From assembly GCA_964016885.1 (NCBI GenBank), contig OZ024740.1, positions 415,276,001-415,340,000 of the forward strand: DNA of 64,000 nucleotides, in the 5' to 3' direction. Positions 62,681 through 64,000 of this stretch are shown here, piece by piece (the first letter of the stretch is position 1; the number at the start of each line of letters is the position of its first letter). The position numbers were made by a program, and so were the translations under genes. The notes under the pieces were generated by a model. That model saw only the letters and a list, made by a program, of their open reading frames with translations, did no database searches and had not been told where the DNA came from. The DNA comes from Eledone cirrhosa (lineage: Eukaryota).

Positions 62681-63388
62681 AGTATATGGTTTGGTATAGT
62701 TCCGTAACTCCCGATAGAGTTGTAGGAATGCCGTATTGACATACAGCGTTTTGGGGGCATTTTACTCTTGGTGGAGCCCATCACTCTCCAGCAGACGTTA
62801 AAACCACAAGGATGATATATATTTCCAAGAGAAATGAACAGGTCTGCTTTTTCACCAAGAATTTTTTCATTTCTACCACTGCCCACTCTCCTCTATCCTT
62901 GTAATTCATCATCATTTTTACGTCCGCTTTTCCTTGCTTGCAAGGGTGGGACGGGAACTGATTCTGGCTTGATTTCTACAGCTGGATGCCCTTCCTAACA
63001 CCAACCTCATTTACAGTGAGTGCTGGGTGCTTTTTTGCCGTGGCACCTCCACGACCACTTTGCAGTGGAATGATAGGGACCCCAGTCCCTATCATCTCAT
63101 TTCTACAGCTGAGTAAACTGGAGCAATGTGAAATAAAGTGTCTTGCTCAAGGAAACAACACATCACCCGGTCTGAGAATTGAACTCACAACCTTTCGATT
63201 GCAAGGCCAATGCTCCAACCACTAAGCCATGTGCCTCTTCTTTAATTTCTCATTCTATTTTCTGATGAAGCGTTAAGACTTTTCCTACTATATCAAGCAT
63301 GACACTAGTATATATCTTCATAGAACTTCATCTCTCTTTTAGGTTTTTACATTTATTTTTTTCACATACATATATCTATCTATCTATT

Positions 63389-63444
<56 letters not shown>

Positions 63445-64000
63445 TTGGGGGCTGGATGCATTTTATTGTGGCACTACCAATTTAGAGAGTTGGCCTAGGT
63501 GCATTTTATTGTGGCACCAGTACCAGGGTGATCATTGTGTCTTCAGCTGGGTGGAACAACATCTTTTTTCAAACGTGTCTTTTATTAAAGTCATGACTGT
63601 GTTGAAGTTTGATCCTTTTCATTAAAGGGCTATCAAATATCCTTAATAAGAAAGAGATCAAAATCGAACTTAGTCATATCATGCCCTTCCTAATGCCAAC
63701 CACATTTATAGTGTGGACTGGCTGTGGTAAAAAGCACACAGTCTACGCTGTAAATGTGGTTGGTGTTAGGAAGGGCAACCAACGTAGAAACCAAGCCAGA
63801 AACAGTTCTGTGTGAGCAAGACACGGTCATCTGACCTGACTTATCTCACAACTTGTCTAACCCATGTTAGCATGGAAAAATGGACATTAAAATGGACAAC
63901 ACTAGATCATTGTGTCCTCAGCCAGGGAAAAAAAAGCATTCATCATCATCATCATCATCTTCGTTTAACGTCCGTCTTCTACGCTAGCATGGGTTAGGCG

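Overview
AT-rich, repeat-dense animal genomic DNA; the SINE/RTE/microsatellite landscape suggests a cephalopod such as octopus (inference). One host gene spans most of the window on the minus strand: the 5' part of a TMEM104 (SLC38-like transporter family) orthologue. It has five small coding exons (46794-46750, 30048-29927, 22278-22203, 4212-4131, 2071-2034) plus a candidate 51-nt cassette exon, all with compatible splice phases, and it continues off the left edge. Introns and upstream DNA contain: (1) two independent Penelope-like elements (RT plus GIY-YIG, Naiad-type CxCx5Cx5C linker), each arranged as a multi-kb palindrome in (TA)n with a type I hammerhead ribozyme motif in both arms; (2) a near-intact 4.2-kb LTR retrotransposon with a -1 frameshift signal, no obvious tRNA primer site and an atypical RT/RNase H; (3) RTE, CRE, Tx1/L1 and CR1 LINE fragments, tRNA-derived SINEs and piggyBac-like MITEs; (4) many fold-back repeats and minisatellites, one of which multiplies the exon-3 splice acceptor about 30 times; (5) an orphan RMND5-like first exon trapped between inverted repeats. 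All calls were made by eye without database searches, and repeat boundaries are approximate unless a TSD or splice site fixes them.
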